Source of the DNA: Moniliella sp. 'wahieum'
Lineage: Eukaryota
NCBI GenBank assembly: GCA_003971905.1
Contig: RSEE01000038.1
Span: 186,001-250,000 of the forward strand
Reading direction: 5' to 3'
DNA length: 64,000 nt
Numbering within the stretch: position 1 is the stretch's first letter; each line of letters starts with the position of its first letter. The position numbers and the translations under genes were made by a program. This document shows, piece by piece, positions 12,491 to 26,047 of the stretch. The notes under the pieces are model-generated. The model ran no database searches. It saw nothing but the letters and a program-made list of their open reading frames with translations, and was not told the DNA's origin.

Positions 12491-15400
12491 TTAGATCTGG
12501 GGGACGAGGGGAATAAGCGTTAGGATGTCCCAGAGAGGGTATGAGACGCAGCAGTGGTGTTGGACGGCGTGGCAGCGCCGTGGTAGCCTCGATGGCATCC
12601 ATGAGGGACCGGGAACCTTAGGGTTCGGCCTTAATGGGCTCGACCGGCGCGAGCGCATCGTCAGTAGACGGTGCCACCTTGGTCTGATCGAGGGGGGGCT
12701 TGTCACCTTCCGTCTCCTCAACTGCATCGTGCTGGACAACCTGGGCCTCCTCGACCGTAGGTTCGACAGGCTCGACAGGCTCGACAGGCTCGACCGGAGG
12801 AGGAACAATCTTGTTTTCCTCATGGTGGAATCGGCAGGCGTGGCCTCCTCGACTTCCGGCTCGGCGAGGGTGGGCTTCTCGGCAACAGGACCGTCGACAG
12901 GTTTGACCTTTTCCACAAAGGCTCAGCATCCTTCGCCTCCTCAACAGCAGGCTCGGTGGCCGCAGGATCGGTGGCCGCAGGCTCGGTAATGTTGGACTCC
13001 TCAACAGCGGGCTCGTCAACCTTGGCCTCGGCAGGGGTGGGCTGAGGAGTCTTGATCTCTTCAGCTACCGGCGCGACGGGCGTAGGTTGCACACTAGTTG
13101 GTTCGGAAGCGTTGGCTTCTTTGAAGGCAGGTTCGACAGCCTTGGTCGCTTCGGCAGTGGGCTCGCCAGCCTCAGCCTTGTCAACCGACACGGCAGAAGC
13201 GGCTTTCGTCGCGATAGGTTCGATAGGTGCGGGTGCCTCGACGGGGGGGTCGGCAGGCTTAGCCTCCTGAACGCTGGGCTCAACAGCCTCCACATCCTCA
13301 GTAGTCTCGAGGGGTACAGGATGAGAAGGCGTAGCTTCCTCCACATGGATCGGCAGGCTTGGGCTCCTCCAGAGCAGGCTCGGCAGCTTGGTCATCCTCA
13401 ATAGAAGGATCAACAGCGCTTGCCTGCTTCGTGGTAGACTCGATGCGCGGCCTCTTGAGCGGCAGGCTCAACAGACGCGGCCTTCTCGGTCGAGGTCTCG
13501 GCCGGCGTGGGCACCTCAACACTAGATTCTTCGGTGGCGGTTTCGGCAGGTTTGACCTCCTGAACCGTGGACTCGGGGGCAATGGGCTCTACGGTTGCAG
13601 GCTCGGAAGCATGAGCCTCCTCGACGATGGGGTCGACCCCCGTGGCCACCTCAGTGGCGGGCACGGCAACGTTGGCCTCCTCAGCAATGGGCTCGGCCAC
13701 CTTGGCCTCTTCGACGGTAGGCTCAGCCACCTGCTCGTCCACCTTAGTTTCCTTACCAGCGGGCTTGACAACCTCCGTCTCCTCCGTTGCAGGCACGGTA
13801 ACCTTGGCCTCCTCGACGGCTGGTTCGAGCGCCTCAGTCTCCTCGGTGGCAGCAACCTTGGTCATCTTGCTCTCCTCAGCGCTCGGGGCAACAACCGCAG
13901 CCTCCTCGGCAGCAGGCTTGGCATCCTGAATCTCCTCGACGCCGGGTTTGACAACCTCGGTCTCCTCCACAGGGGTTCGGAAACCTCTGCCTCTTCCGCA
14001 ACAGGCACAGCATTCTCGACGTCTTTGACGGAAGGCTCAGTGGGCTTCAGGTTCTCGAGGGTGGGCACGGCAACCTCGGTCACCACCGCAGCAGGCTTGG
14101 AAGTGGTGGCCTCGTCCACATGCTCAACCTGGGCCTCGGCTGGAGCGGGTTCCACAGGCGTGGGTACTTTGGTGGTGGACTTGCTAGGTTCGATGGGTGG
14201 GAGTCCTCCGCGGTAGGCTTGGAAGGGTTAATCTCATCAATAGTGGGCTCGTCGACTTTCTCCTCTTGAACGGTGGGCGCGGGGATAATGGAGTCCACGG
14301 CAATAGGATCAGAAGACTTCGCATCCTCAGCGATGGGCTCGGCAACCTTGGCCTCTTGGGCTAAGGGCTCGGCAAGATTGGTGTCCACAGAGGGACCAGC
14401 CACCGTCGCTTCCTCGATCGTGGGCTTTTCAACCTCGGTCTTCTGCGTAGGAGGCGCGGCCACCTCGACCTCCTCGACATTTGGCTTAACAGCCTGGGCC
14501 TCCTTGTTGGTAGGCTCAGCCACCTTATTCTCCCCAATCGCTGAGTCAACAACTTTAGTCTCCTCCGTAGCAGGTTCGGCAACCGGGCTTCTTCGTCTGC
14601 GGCTTGGGAGCGATGGCCTCAATGGTAGATTCAGTGACAGTGGCCTCTGCTGCAGCGGTCTCCTCAGGCGTGGCCGCCTCGGCGGTGGGATCAGCAGTTT
14701 TAGCCTTCTCGACTGCGAGGTCGACCGGGGTAACCACCTTGGCGGCAGGCTCGACAACCTTGGTCCCCTCACCGACCTCCTGGACATTCGTGGGGTCAGC
14801 AGCTGGCTCGGCAGGCGTGGCCCCGATGGACGTGGGCTCCACGGCTGCAGACTCTGCTGTTTCACCTCCTCAACGATGGGCTCTGCAACCTTGGCTTCCT
14901 CTGCGACCGGCTCGGTGGGGGTGTCCTCCACCGTCGCAGGTTCAGCAGGCACCGCATCCGGGCGATAGATTCGGCCGGCATTCCTCCGAGATGTCTTGCT
15001 TGACCGCCTTCTTCTCCTCGGCAACAGGCTCGACGGGCTCAGAAAACTTAGACTCCTCAACAAGGGACTCGACGGGCGCAGGGTCCGCGGTGGCAGGCTC
15101 AGACATCTGAGTCTCCTGCGCTACCGGTTCGCTATGCAAGGGCTCCGCCGGAGCGGCCTGCGTGGGCATAAGCACTTCAGTAGGGAGTTCGGAAGGCGTA
15201 GCCTCCTCGGCGGCAGAATTGGCAAGCTCCGAGACAGCGGGCTGGGCAGCGATGGGTTCCTGGATAACGGGCTCGGTCTCCTTGATCTCCTTGGTTTCCT
15301 CGAGGGGGGGTTGACAACCTTCGTCTCTTCCACCGTGGGTTCGGCAGCTTCGGTTTTCTCCCTGTGGGCTCGGCAGCTTTGATCTCCTCCACCGCGGACG

Positions 15401-18051
15401 GCAGCTTTGGTCTCCTCCACCGTAGGCTCGGCAGATTTGGTATCCTCCACCGCGGGCTCGGCAACAGTGGCTCCCCCTACAACAGGCTCGGCAGCTGCAA
15501 CCTTGGCATCCTCCATACCAGGCCTGCAGCCTCGACATCCTCGGCAGAAGGCTCAGTGGCTTTGGACTCTTCGATGGTGGGCTCAGCATGTTCAGCCGTC
15601 TGTTGCACGATAGGCGTAGCCGCGGCCGCCTCCTCAACAACTGGCGTAGCAACCTCGGCCTCTGTCGCTGTGGGCTTGATAGGTGTGGTTTCCTCGGCAA
15701 TGGACCCAGTCGGCTCGACGGGAGTGGGCTCCTTGGCGACGGTCTCGGAAGCCTTAATTTCCTCCACGGTGGGTTTGGTACCCTCAGCCGCCTCCACAGC
15801 AGGGGTGGCAGGGGGGACCACTGTGACGGCCGCTTCAGCAGGTTTGGCATCTTCTGAAGCAGGTTGCGCAAGCGCAGGCTCCTCGGATGCGGCCTCTGCA
15901 GGTTTAGCCTCCGGAACAGTGGGCTCAGAGGAAACGGGCTCCCGGCTGCAGGCTCAGAAGACTTAGCCTCCTCGACGCTGGGGTCGACAGCCGAGTTTGC
16001 TTAGTGGCAGGTTCAACGACCTTGGTGTCTTCGATGGCGGGTTCGGCCACCTTGGTCTCGGTAAGGGTGGGATTGACAACTTCGGGCTCCTCCGTGGTAG
16101 GCTCGACCAACTTGGCATCTTCGAGGGTAGGTTCAGTAACTGCAGCCTTCTCAACGGCAGACTCGGATACCTTGGCCTCTTCGACAGCCGGGTCAACCGT
16201 AGCCTCCTCCGTAGTGGGCTTAGTGATCTGGGTCTCCTTGACGACGGGTTCCAAAATATCGGTTTCTTCCTTAGTAGGCTCAGCCACGTCGGCAATGGGC
16301 TCGGTTGCCTCAGTCTCCTCCGCTGCAGTCTCAGCGGTGGTGGCCTTGGCCCCGGGGTTTCGACGGGCGTAGGTTCCTGGACGGCGAGTTCACGAGCCTT
16401 ATCCTCCTCGACGGCTTTGTCCTCCTGGACAGCGAACTTGGCATCCTTAGTCTCCTCCACAGAGTGCTCGGCAACTGTGGCCTTCTCGACAACGGGCTCA
16501 GAAGCCTTGATGTTTTCGCCGGAAGACTCCGCGGGATTGGGCTTTTCCATGGTGTGCTCGGCAACTTCAGTCTCCTCCGCAATAGGCTCGGCAGTGGGGG
16601 CGTCACTAACAGCAGGCTCAACAACCTTGGCCTCTTCGTCCGCCGCGGAGGGCTCGACGGGCATCGGTTCCTGGGGGACGGGCTCGGTGAGCTCGGCAGG
16701 CATATGCTCCTCGACGGTAGCGTCAGAAGGTTTGAGCTCATCAACGGCGGGCTTGGTAACATTAGGCTCCTCCGTGGTCGGCTCGGCACGAGTGGCCTCC
16801 TCGACCTCAGGTTGGGCACCTTTGGCTACCTCAACTGCGGGCTCTGCAGTCTTGATCTCCTCTGCAACAGGGGCGGAGGGCGTGGACACCTTGATGACAG
16901 GATCGACAGGTGCCACCTCCCCCAGAGGTACAGGGGGCTTGGCCTGCTCTTTTGGCGTGGGCGTTGTCGTGCCAAAGGAACGCTCGGAAGGAGCATCTTC
17001 CGGAACGGTAACTTGGGGCGTGGGAAGAGCAGTGGCGCTCGTCGCCTCAACTGCATCCTTTGTCTCGCTCTCTTCGGTGGGCCGAAGTGGGTCGTCCTTA
17101 GCCTCAGCGGACATGTAGCCCTGCAGACTGCTCCCAGAAAAGGAAACGTGCGGGATACGTCCCAGCTCCGGAGGGCAGTGGATTCTCTTGCAGCTCCTCC
17201 TGTCCGCCTCCTCAGATTTCTTGGCCTGTCCCGTCTCACGCGAACTTCCGAGACGACCAGCGCGGCGCCAGGGAAGCTGGAGCTTCTTTCCTTCCTCTTT
17301 GGCGGCGAGTCCTTGCCTGCAGGAAGAGGGAATTTGTCCAAGGTCAAGTCTTGGTCCCCGAATTGATCCAGGGCACGGTCAAGCTGCTGCTCCAACGGCG
17401 CGGCGTCCTCATCTGACTCCGTCACGCGGTGCAGGCGCGGTGGATCTGTGTGCATCGCCTCTGGATGTGACTGTTAATTCATCGTTCTGACGTCTAAGGG
17501 GAGAAGGAAAGAGGTACGTACTCAGCCAAAATACGGGCGAGATCGTCGTGTGCACTGGGGTGTTTGGGGATGGGGCTGTCATTGGGGGAATCGGTTTGCT
17601 CCTCCTCTGCATGCTCATCCACGGTGGCATCGGCCGAGGTGAGAGTCTCCTTGGCCTTGGACGGAGCCATGGCACGACGCATCAACGGCTGATGCTGCCT
17701 GTGGTAGCATGGCTGCGTTTCTTGCCCGTCGTCTCGGTAGGCTTTGCGGCCGAATTGTCAGGGGTGTAGACGCCCGCTCGCCGATGCGGTGCCCCGTACG
17801 GACGCGGCCCGCTTCAGCCCCCCAAGAGGGTGGACGAGGCCGAGTTGGCACGAGGGGGATCGGCAGCGGGCGGTTCCGGGGCATCGGAAGAGCCAGTGTG
17901 GGCCTCTTCGTATGCAGACTCGGACGCAGCAGGCGTTGGGATGGACGGCTGCGGGGCATCGGTCGTCGCCGCGGGCACGGGGGCGGGGGGGCGAGGCGGG
18001 CTCGGTTTGGTTGGCGGTGGCGCGGTGCCACAGGCGGGAGAAGATGCCCAT
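12491..18051 (-). CDS. Very large acidic E/P/A/V/T-rich tandem-repeat protein (units of ~10 aa such as EPAVEEAKVA); multiple frameshifts and several short introns
   Basis: Overlapping minus-strand ORFs all show EPxVEExKxA repeats across ~12.6-17.1 kb. Candidate start MGIFSRLW at 18051; intron-like GTACGT and GTATCC donors near 17520 and 17158. Confidence 0.7.
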
Positions 18052-18759
18052 GGAAGGGGAGACGGGTATGGACGGGGACGCGGGTGGGGGTATTGGGGGT
18101 GCTGGTGGGAGGGGGAGGGGGCAGCTGGCGTGTCGGCCAGCCTCGATGTGTTGAATTGAGGTTGACGTCCTGAGGGCTTGACGTCCTGGGGCCGGCACGA
18201 GGCCTGAGGGGCCTGAAGCTGACCGCCTGAATGTGCATCAGACACAGCGGTGTAGCGCTGAAAAAAAGCAGGCACGGACGGTGCTCTGCGGTGCTCTGCT
18301 GCATCATACATCTGTGTCACCGGTCACCAGCCACTTGGTCATGAGAGTGATGCAGATGCAGCACGGCGCAGCACTGTCTGCACACTCGTCCCCTGCCGCA
18401 CCCACGCAGAAGAGAGCAACACCTCGCGTGGGGGCAGTGTCAGCATCTGCCGCGCATGCGCGCTCCCCGTCTCTTGTGCATCTGATGCATGATCATCGAT
18501 CCTCCTACATCACTCACACCTTGCTGGTGTATGGCATGGACTGCACCGCATCCGACCACCCTTGTGCCCCCTTGCCTTGGCCATGTGCTCCCCCACATTA
18601 CGTGTTGCATGTAGAAAGCCAGCCGTTGGGAGTCAATTGCATTGTTTACATGGGCAACAGAGGCTAGAGAATATTTCGACCCTTCCAGAAATATGATCCT
18701 CTGGGAAGCAGTGCCTCGGGGAGGGAACCGAGGGAGTTGCGCTTGAGCTAGCCACGGCC

Positions 18760-19575
18760 TCACAATCTCGAGCTTGCAGAGGGACTGACGTTGGCCGAAC
18801 AGGTATGGTTATCCTCTCGTCCAAGCCCAGGTTCACGCCTGTCAGCGTTTCCAACTTGGCTAGCGCCGCCGTCAGGTTAGACGAGTCGACGAGGATGGTC
18901 TGCATTCCCATCCGCCGTGCAGGCTTCAAGTTGGCTCCAATGTCATCCAGTAGTACCGTGTCCACTGGATCACCTTGGATTGTTGTCAACGCATGCGCGT
19001 AGAACCGTTCTTCCGGCTTGCGCATGCCTAGCTCTGCCGAGTCAAACCACCACTCGAATTCCTTCTTCAGCTGGCTGTGCGGTCAAGCGAAACGCCAATG
19101 TGCTGCGCCTCAGTCTCGTTGGCAGGTGGGAGGAAGGTGGGTTAAGGCGGCAACGTGCAGTCCAGCTTGGCGCAGACGCCGGATCGCACCCAGCATCCGT
19201 GGATTAGGTGTCCCTGCACGACGCATCATGCTACCTACTAGCTCGCGCGCGTTGATGTACACGGGTTTGAAACGTCTCTGCTGCGATCCCTTGCGTCTGC
19301 GTCTGCCCCCGACGGGCCAGATAGGCTTGATACGCGGCCCGGATGAACGGAACGTCGTTCAGTTCTTCCTCCAACAGGCCATATGCTTCGGGCAGTCTCA
19401 GTTCCCCGCGCTCCAATCGAGCCCATACACCGCTGGACCCACGCGAACCGATGGCGACCCCGATCCAGTCAGGTGGAAGGCCCAGTTGCCGCTCCACATC
19501 GGTAGCGCCGTGGATGGGACTTCCCAAGACGACGCCACCAATGTCGAATAGCACCGAGCGTACAGGGAGCGGCAT
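18760..19575 (-). CDS. HAD-superfamily hydrolase (epoxide-hydrolase N-terminal/ACAD10 N-terminal-like); frameshifted; C-terminus possibly -SRL
   Basis: Motif I VLFDIGGVV; later WFDSAELGMRKPEERFY and VLLDDIGANLKPARRMGMQTILV. Confidence 0.85.
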
Positions 19576-19896
19576 GCAGCGGACTGGTCTGATACGGCCG
19601 GTTCGGGGCAGAGATCAGCAGCGGAAGAAAGGACGGAATGAGTGGACCGGCCAGCAGCGTGCGAAATAGCAAGTAACCGAGGGCGATTGGTGTGGTGAGT
19701 ACTGAGTGGGTTGGAACCCCACAGGTGGGTGATTAAGATTGGGGTTGGGTTGGGGCCCATGACGTAATCATCTCTTCATCATTTCTATGTGGTGACGGAT
19801 GGCAGCTTTCGGTGGCCTCCACGGTGACCTTTCTAAACCAGAAAATGATTAGACTGTCCTCGGTGGCAGCAGTCAGGCGCCAATTTGCACCATGCA

Positions 19897-21927
19897 TTAC
19901 CTACGTTGTCCTCTTCCCCACGTTAATCCGTGGAGCATCGCTCCAGGCTTGTTCGTTGTCGGGGACCCCAACGGGGAGGAGCCCGTTGTGGCTGCGTCCC
20001 ACCCGCTGCGCCGACGCAGCTTTCCTGCCCGGTTGTAAGTCGCAGATGTGCCCTGTGGGGTGAGGGGAATGTCCAGGTGCTCCACGCTTGGGTCCGAGTC
20101 CTGCATGAGCTCTGATACAGGCACTGCCGCTTCTTCCACCTTGGCATCCAGCAGAGGCAGCACCACCGCATCCCAATTAGTGTCCCAGGTATCGCACCCC
20201 TCGTGTGCTGCGGGGAAAGCACCACCCATGGTGATTCCTGCGCGGAGTGAGTTGGAGTCTGATTGAGGGAACCCTGCTAGGACTGATACCAGCGCATCGC
20301 TCAACCCTGCAGCGTTGGAAAACTTGATCCCGTTCCGCCCTTCTTGCACCAGCTCGTCCAAGCACGGAAAATCAAGTGCAGCACCGGCAACCACACCCAA
20401 GCATATCTACCACCTTCATCGGCAAATCCAGCCCGGACGAGGAGCTGTGCAACGAAATACCAATGTCGGCCGATCCTGAAACGAGTTAGCCTTCCTTCCA
20501 ATTAGATGGCGCGGGGCGTACCAAGAAGTATGGGATATTCTTCCGGCTCAAGCCACGCGGTGCGAATCCGGACCCATCGATACTGTTCTTGATGTTCGCG
20601 GAGGTCAATCAAGCGTTCGTAGTGTGCCCTTAAATCTCCCTTTCCCGTCACGACGACCAACAGCCGAGGGAGACGGAGGGAAGAGGAGGCGGAAGAATTG
20701 GCGTGCCGAGCCTGTTTCTCGTATGCATCAACCGCAGCGAGCAGCATGTCAAAGTCCTCATCTGCGGTCCAGCTTGTTGAGCTCACAGCTAAAGCAGGAC
20801 GATCGTTGCGGAGAACCACCTGGTCTTCCTCTCTTCCGTGAACATCCGTCTCGCTCGGGTCGCAGGGCGCAGGTTGGCATGCCTTCTCCGGAGAGAGGTG
20901 AGCTGGATCGACGTATGGGTACAGTAGGTAAACCAAAACGTTCCTCTTCCCCGCCCTGACTGGGCCTGCTTGAAGGAGTAACAGAGGGGGTGATTTTCGA
21001 TACTACTGCTTCTGCGCCGGGTAAAGGGGGTAGAAGAAGGGACGGAGTAAGCAGGCCAGAAGGCCGACATGCCCACTGACAGAGACTGTTCTCAGCTTGA
21101 GGGAGGGATTGGTCGCTGGCCGTGCGGGACAAGGCCAAGGTACCAGGCATGGGCCGACTCAGTCGCTCTGAAAGTGATAAAAAGAGATGGTGGGTCTCCT
21201 CGACGGTAGCCCTGTGGAAATTCGAGGGAGGACGATCATAGAGGAGCGCGAGCGTGCCCGCGCAAATGCCAATCCTGACGCAAGTGATCCCGCATGGCCC
21301 GGGTGACAAACAAGTGAGCAAAAGCAAATGTGCCCCCAATTCGCTCGAGGAGCGCAGCAAATTTGACAAGCGGAGATGAGGCGCCGAGACGTAGACCAGA
21401 ATGGTGTACCCTAGGTTGTGCCAGTCGATAATGATCCTGGAGCCAAGAAGGATAGCAACGAATTGGACAAAAAGAGGGTTGGTAGGGCAGGCGGATTTTG
21501 CACCAATATCACCTCGGGAGGTGGGTTACTGTACACGGCCAACGCAGAAAAGAGACCCCAAGTCTGCCAAGCCAGCTTAAAGGGGGCAGCGAGCACGAAA
21601 AGGACTTTGGGCAGACGGGTGATCCACCGGGGGGTGGGAGAAGAGGGTAGTGCTTGATGTTCGCCCTGCGCAGTGGGGGGGCAAACCAACGCCCGCATAC
21701 GCCACCACTGATACCTTCCACCCGTGCGAGGCAAGTGACGAGACGTGGTAGCACATCCGCGGACTGCGCCCAATGTCGCCCAGCACCACAACGGCGGCTG
21801 AGCGCTGTGTGGAGCCGGGCCTGGTGGTGCGACGGGAGCCGACGAGGACAATGTGAAAGAGGAAACCGACGACCAGCACAGACGCCAGCAAGGCGAGGCC
21901 GATCAGGACCAGGGCCAGGGCCAGCAT
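19897..21927 (-). CDS. ALG1: Chitobiosyldiphosphodolichol beta-1,4-mannosyltransferase (GT33); intron near 20480-20520; several frameshifts
   Basis: N-terminal [78 protein letters not shown]. Confidence 0.93.
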
Positions 21928-22178
21928 GCTGGCTGGGATAGAAGAGGTGGTGGAGTCCTTGTTTGTACACCGCGCGCTGCCACTGCCGTCGGCCCACCGT
22001 ATGCTCTGTCTGCCCCTTGCACTTTGTACATTTCAACCAAGAATGTGGGGTTAATTTCAATCGTTACGTTGCACTGGATATTGAAGGCTGGATTCAGGAT
22101 TCAGTACACTCAGCCAGTCAATCGGACTTGGGCGGCAACGCAGGCAAGCAGCGTACCCCACAGGAGGCGGCCACCACC

Positions 22179-23328
22179 ATGTGCATCCTGCTCTCTCAAC
22201 GAGCCATCCCGACTATGCTCTGTGCGTTTTCTCCCCAGAATCTTGTCTCTCAGTGCTCCTGACTCTTCTTCCCTAGCATTGCCGCCGACAACCGGGACGA
22301 GTGGCTGGAGCGACCCTCGACGCAGGCTGCCTGGCACAACTTTCCCCCTACCGAGCTCCTGGTCAAGCAATCGCACCAAGCCGCCACAAGCGAGTTTCAA
22401 CCGGCGTCGTTCTCTGCGTCCTTTCCAAGCCAGAATCTCCGCGTAGTCAGCGGTCTCGATGCCCAAGAAGGCGGGGGCGGGACTTGGTTTGGCGCCACCG
22501 TCTCCGGCTCATTTGGGTTCCTGACCAACGTGGAGGAAGTCCTCGGTCGCCCTCGCATGAAGACAAGGGGCATGTTGGCCAAGACCTGGCTTGAGCGTGA
22601 GGCATCTCTTACTGCTACTATGGTAGGTGCAGAGAGGGTGAGCGCCTACTTGGAAGAACTGGCCCCCAGCGGGATGACTATGCAGGATTCAACCTCCTGA
22701 TCGGGGCGTTGGAGTTGGACGAGACAGGCCAGAGACGGGCGGTGCTGGGGTACTTGACCAACCGCCATGCCGAACATGGGGAGGGAAGACATCCGTACCC
22801 TACCCATACGCTCTTACCCGAAGGGGGGAGGATACTCGCCACTGACAGTTCTACGACCCAAGTATCAGGGATGAGCAATTCTACCCTCGATGACCCCTGG
22901 CGCAAAGTCCTCATCGGGCAAGAGGCATTACAAAGTGCCTTGGCATGCCCCTTAACAGAGGAACAAATAATCGAGAAAACATTCCGGGTGATGGATACGG
23001 CTCACCCAGATCATATTGGTCCCGACGCCCCTCCACCAAATTACTTTCCCGTTCGCCCTGAGGCCCGACATGAATTGCATGCCAGCGTATGTGTACGGCC
23101 CATGTTCACGACCCCCCTGGAACAGTGGACGAGGCGGAGCAGCGGAAATGGTACGCAACGCGCGTATCGACAGTGCTTCTTGTCCCTCGTGAACCGACGA
23201 AGGAAGCAACCTTTGTCGAGCGAGACGTGTACCGGTGCCCTCCACCGGAACCGGGTTCGTTTCCTGTGCGGGTGGATGAAAAGGATGCTCAGGAGACCCA
23301 GCGCCTCTTCCGGTTCCCGTCGTATTGA
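22179..23328 (+). CDS. TANGO2/NRDE-family (DUF833) protein; intron ~22223-22277; frameshifted
   Basis: Starts MCIL; after the intron IAADNRDEWLERP; later FLTNV, YAGFNLLIG, GMSNS..DDPWRKV and WYATRVSTVLLV..EATFVERD. Confidence 0.85.
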
Positions 23329-24346
23329 CCTGAGATCAATCAAGGCCACAAAGAAGCCCCGCGGACCGATCTTGATTCACTGCCTCCTTCTTCCGAAAAT
23401 TTCCCAAACCCACCAACTCGTCTACAGAAGGCAGGAGGCAGGGAGAGCCTCCTCCTCCGGGAAGATATCTAAAAGCGTGTAGTTGCTCACCAGGATTGCC
23501 CTTGTCAGAGGCAGGGAAGAGAACGGCGCGAGCTACCGCGCAACAGGGAAATATGGTTCTCCTTTGGTGTAATTGATGGGTTTGGGGGCGATCTTGTACC
23601 CGAGTCGAAGCCCCTCTGAGCCAACTGTTGCCTTATCCGCTTTCGTTCCCCCCCCTTTATCTTCATAGTAGGCGAGCCGGGCCAAGTCAATCGCGATAAC
23701 AACAGGCTAGGTGCTCCTCCTGTCATCTGATCCGTGTGTGGCACGGCGCTGTGACGCAAGGGGATGGTCATGTAGTCTTGCCTCAGCTCCGGTAATGTAT
23801 AGCACTGTGGTGCCTGCACATGGCCATAACGGCTTTTTAAAGTGAGCAGAACATCAAATGTCATTGCAGTGGCGCTGGGGGGGGGAAAACAGCCCTGACG
23901 AAAACAACAGTGGCTGCAGTGTCGATAAGGCAAGGGGGTGGTGTAGAAAGACCCACCACCCGCCCATGGGCGAGTTTCTGGCACCAACTGCCGACAAAGG
24001 ACAGGAGAAATAGGATGGTTCCACCAGCATCCCCCGCAACTCCGTAGAACGTGTGGGAAACGAGGCTGCTTCATATTTAACCGGCAGCCAGCCACCTGTT
24101 CTCTCTTGGCGCTCTTGGGGCGGCGCTGAAAGCCGTGGGGGTGCCCATCTCAGTCGTCTCAGGCGTCACCTGACGTCACCTGTCACCTGACGTAATATGG
24201 GTGGCATCAGCGGAATCCCCCCAAAGGGCGGAAGCACAAGAAAATTTCCTCCCGTTTTTTTTCTGGTGGGAAGTGGATAGGTGGGCGGTCTGGTAGCGTA
24301 CCTTGCTCTCCCTTCGACATCGTCACCGGCGTTCTCCTTGGCCACC

Positions 24347-26047
24347 ATGGTTCTCGTCCTCTTCGAGACGGCTGGTGCGTAGCTACCGGAATGTAAAAGT
24401 GTGCAACTACTAACACTTCCCCTCGTCTCTCCAGTGGGCTTCTGCCTTTTCCAGCTCGCTTCCCCACATCGGCAATCAAGAACGGTGACCTGGCCAAGAA
24501 ACTCAAGTCGGCCGACGATGTTGCGAGCCTGATCAAGCTCCAGGCCATTCACCGCTTCACCTCCACTGCCGAAGCGGTGCAGGATGCCTCTGATATTGGC
24601 GAGGGCAAGGTGTCCAAGTCGCTCAAGAAGTTCCTCACCGCTGAGATCAAGGACAAGGCGGCCAAGGGTGGGCCGGAGCAGCTTGTGGTGATTGACCCCA
24701 AGCTGGGTGGTGCAATCAGCAAGAAGGTAGGTATTGATGTCTACTCGGACTCATCCGTAATGGACATGTACCGTGGCATTCGGGAGCACCTTGCTGGCCT
24801 CCTGTCGGCTCGGGTGCCGCCGATGGATCGGGCACCGTCGACGCTCGGGACATCGACTATGGCGTGGTCTGTCCCACAGTCTGTCTCGCTACAAGCTCAA
24901 GTTTAGCCCGGACAAGGTGGACACGATGATTGTGCAGGCCATTGGCCTGCTGGACGACTTGGACAAGGAAGTCAACATTTATGCCATGCGTGTCAAGGAG
25001 TGGTACGGCTGGCATTTCCCTGAAATGGGCAAAATTGTGAACGACAATGTAGCCTACGCCAAGGCGATTCGCGCCATGGGATTCCGCACCAACGCGCACT
25101 CGACTGACTTCTCTGAGATCCTGCCCACGGAGATTGAGGAAACGAAACGTCAAGGCCGCTGCCGAGATCTCGATGGGCAGGAAATTTCCGACTCGGATCT
25201 GGCGCACATCCAAGAACTTGCCGAACAGGTGATCAACATCTCGGCCTACCGTGCACAACTGTACAGCTACCTCCAGCAACGCAGTCGCACATGCACCCAA
25301 CCTCACCGCGCTCGTTGGCGAGCTGGTGGGAGCACGTCTCATCTCACACGCGGGATCGTGATGAACTTGGCCAAGGCGCCCGCTTCGACGATTCAGATTC
25401 TTGGTGCTGAGAAGGCTCTCTTCCGTGCGCTCAAGACAAAGCACGATACGCCCAAGTACGGTCTCTTGTACCATGCCTCGCTCGTTGGGCAAGCACCCAA
25501 CAAGCTGAAGGGCAAGATGGCGCGGATGGTGGCAACCAAGACGGCCCTTTCGGTTCGCCTTGATGCTCTGGCCGACGACCAGACGGACGAAGCTCATGCT
25601 ACGTCCACAGGCAACGACAACACTGGTCACGCCTCGATCGGTATTGAGGCGCGCAACGTTTTGGAGCACCGACTCCACGCGATGGAAAGTGGGAACTTTT
25701 CGGGTGCTCTCAAGAAGGACCGATCCTTCGGAGCAGCAAAGCAGAATGCTTACCAGCCCGAATTTCCTCTGCCCACGGACGTACAATGCGGGTGTGTTGA
25801 TGCTCCTGTCACACCACGTCCGGGGAAGAGAGAAGGAACTTTCCAAAGAGGAGCGCAAGGCCGCAAGAAGGCAGCTAAGAAGGCCGCTAAGGAAGGCGAC
25901 GTCTCCATGGCAACTTCCGAGGCGGATGAGAGCAAGAAGCTTTCCAGGAGGAGCGCAAGGCGGCAAGAAGGCGAAGAAGCGTGCTGCCGGCGAGGAGGAG
26001 ACGAGAGTAAAAGCGAGAAGAAGAAGAAGAGCAAGCACAGTGCCTGA
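24347..26047 (+). CDS. NOP58: Box C/D snoRNP core protein Nop58; intron ~24377-24435; frameshifted
   Basis: MVLVLFET, GLSHSLSRYKLKFSPDKVDTMIVQAIGLLDDLDKE, MRVKEWYGWHFPEM, APASTIQILGAEKALFRALKTKHDTPKYGL, KGKMARMVATK; Lys/Glu-rich tail. Confidence 0.95.

Noticed and set aside
12525..17366. Long plus-strand ORFs opposite the repeat protein, and similar antisense ORFs over ISWI, NOP58 and the Myb gene
   Set aside because: Shadow ORFs caused by high GC and repetitive codon usage on the coding strand.
23505..24095. 196-aa minus-strand ORF between the NRDE gene and NOP58
   Set aside because: No recognisable motif or codon signature; overlaps the probable NOP58 promoter region.
24377..24435. Intronic snoRNA in NOP58
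   Set aside because: The intron is only ~60 bp and lacks C/D boxes.
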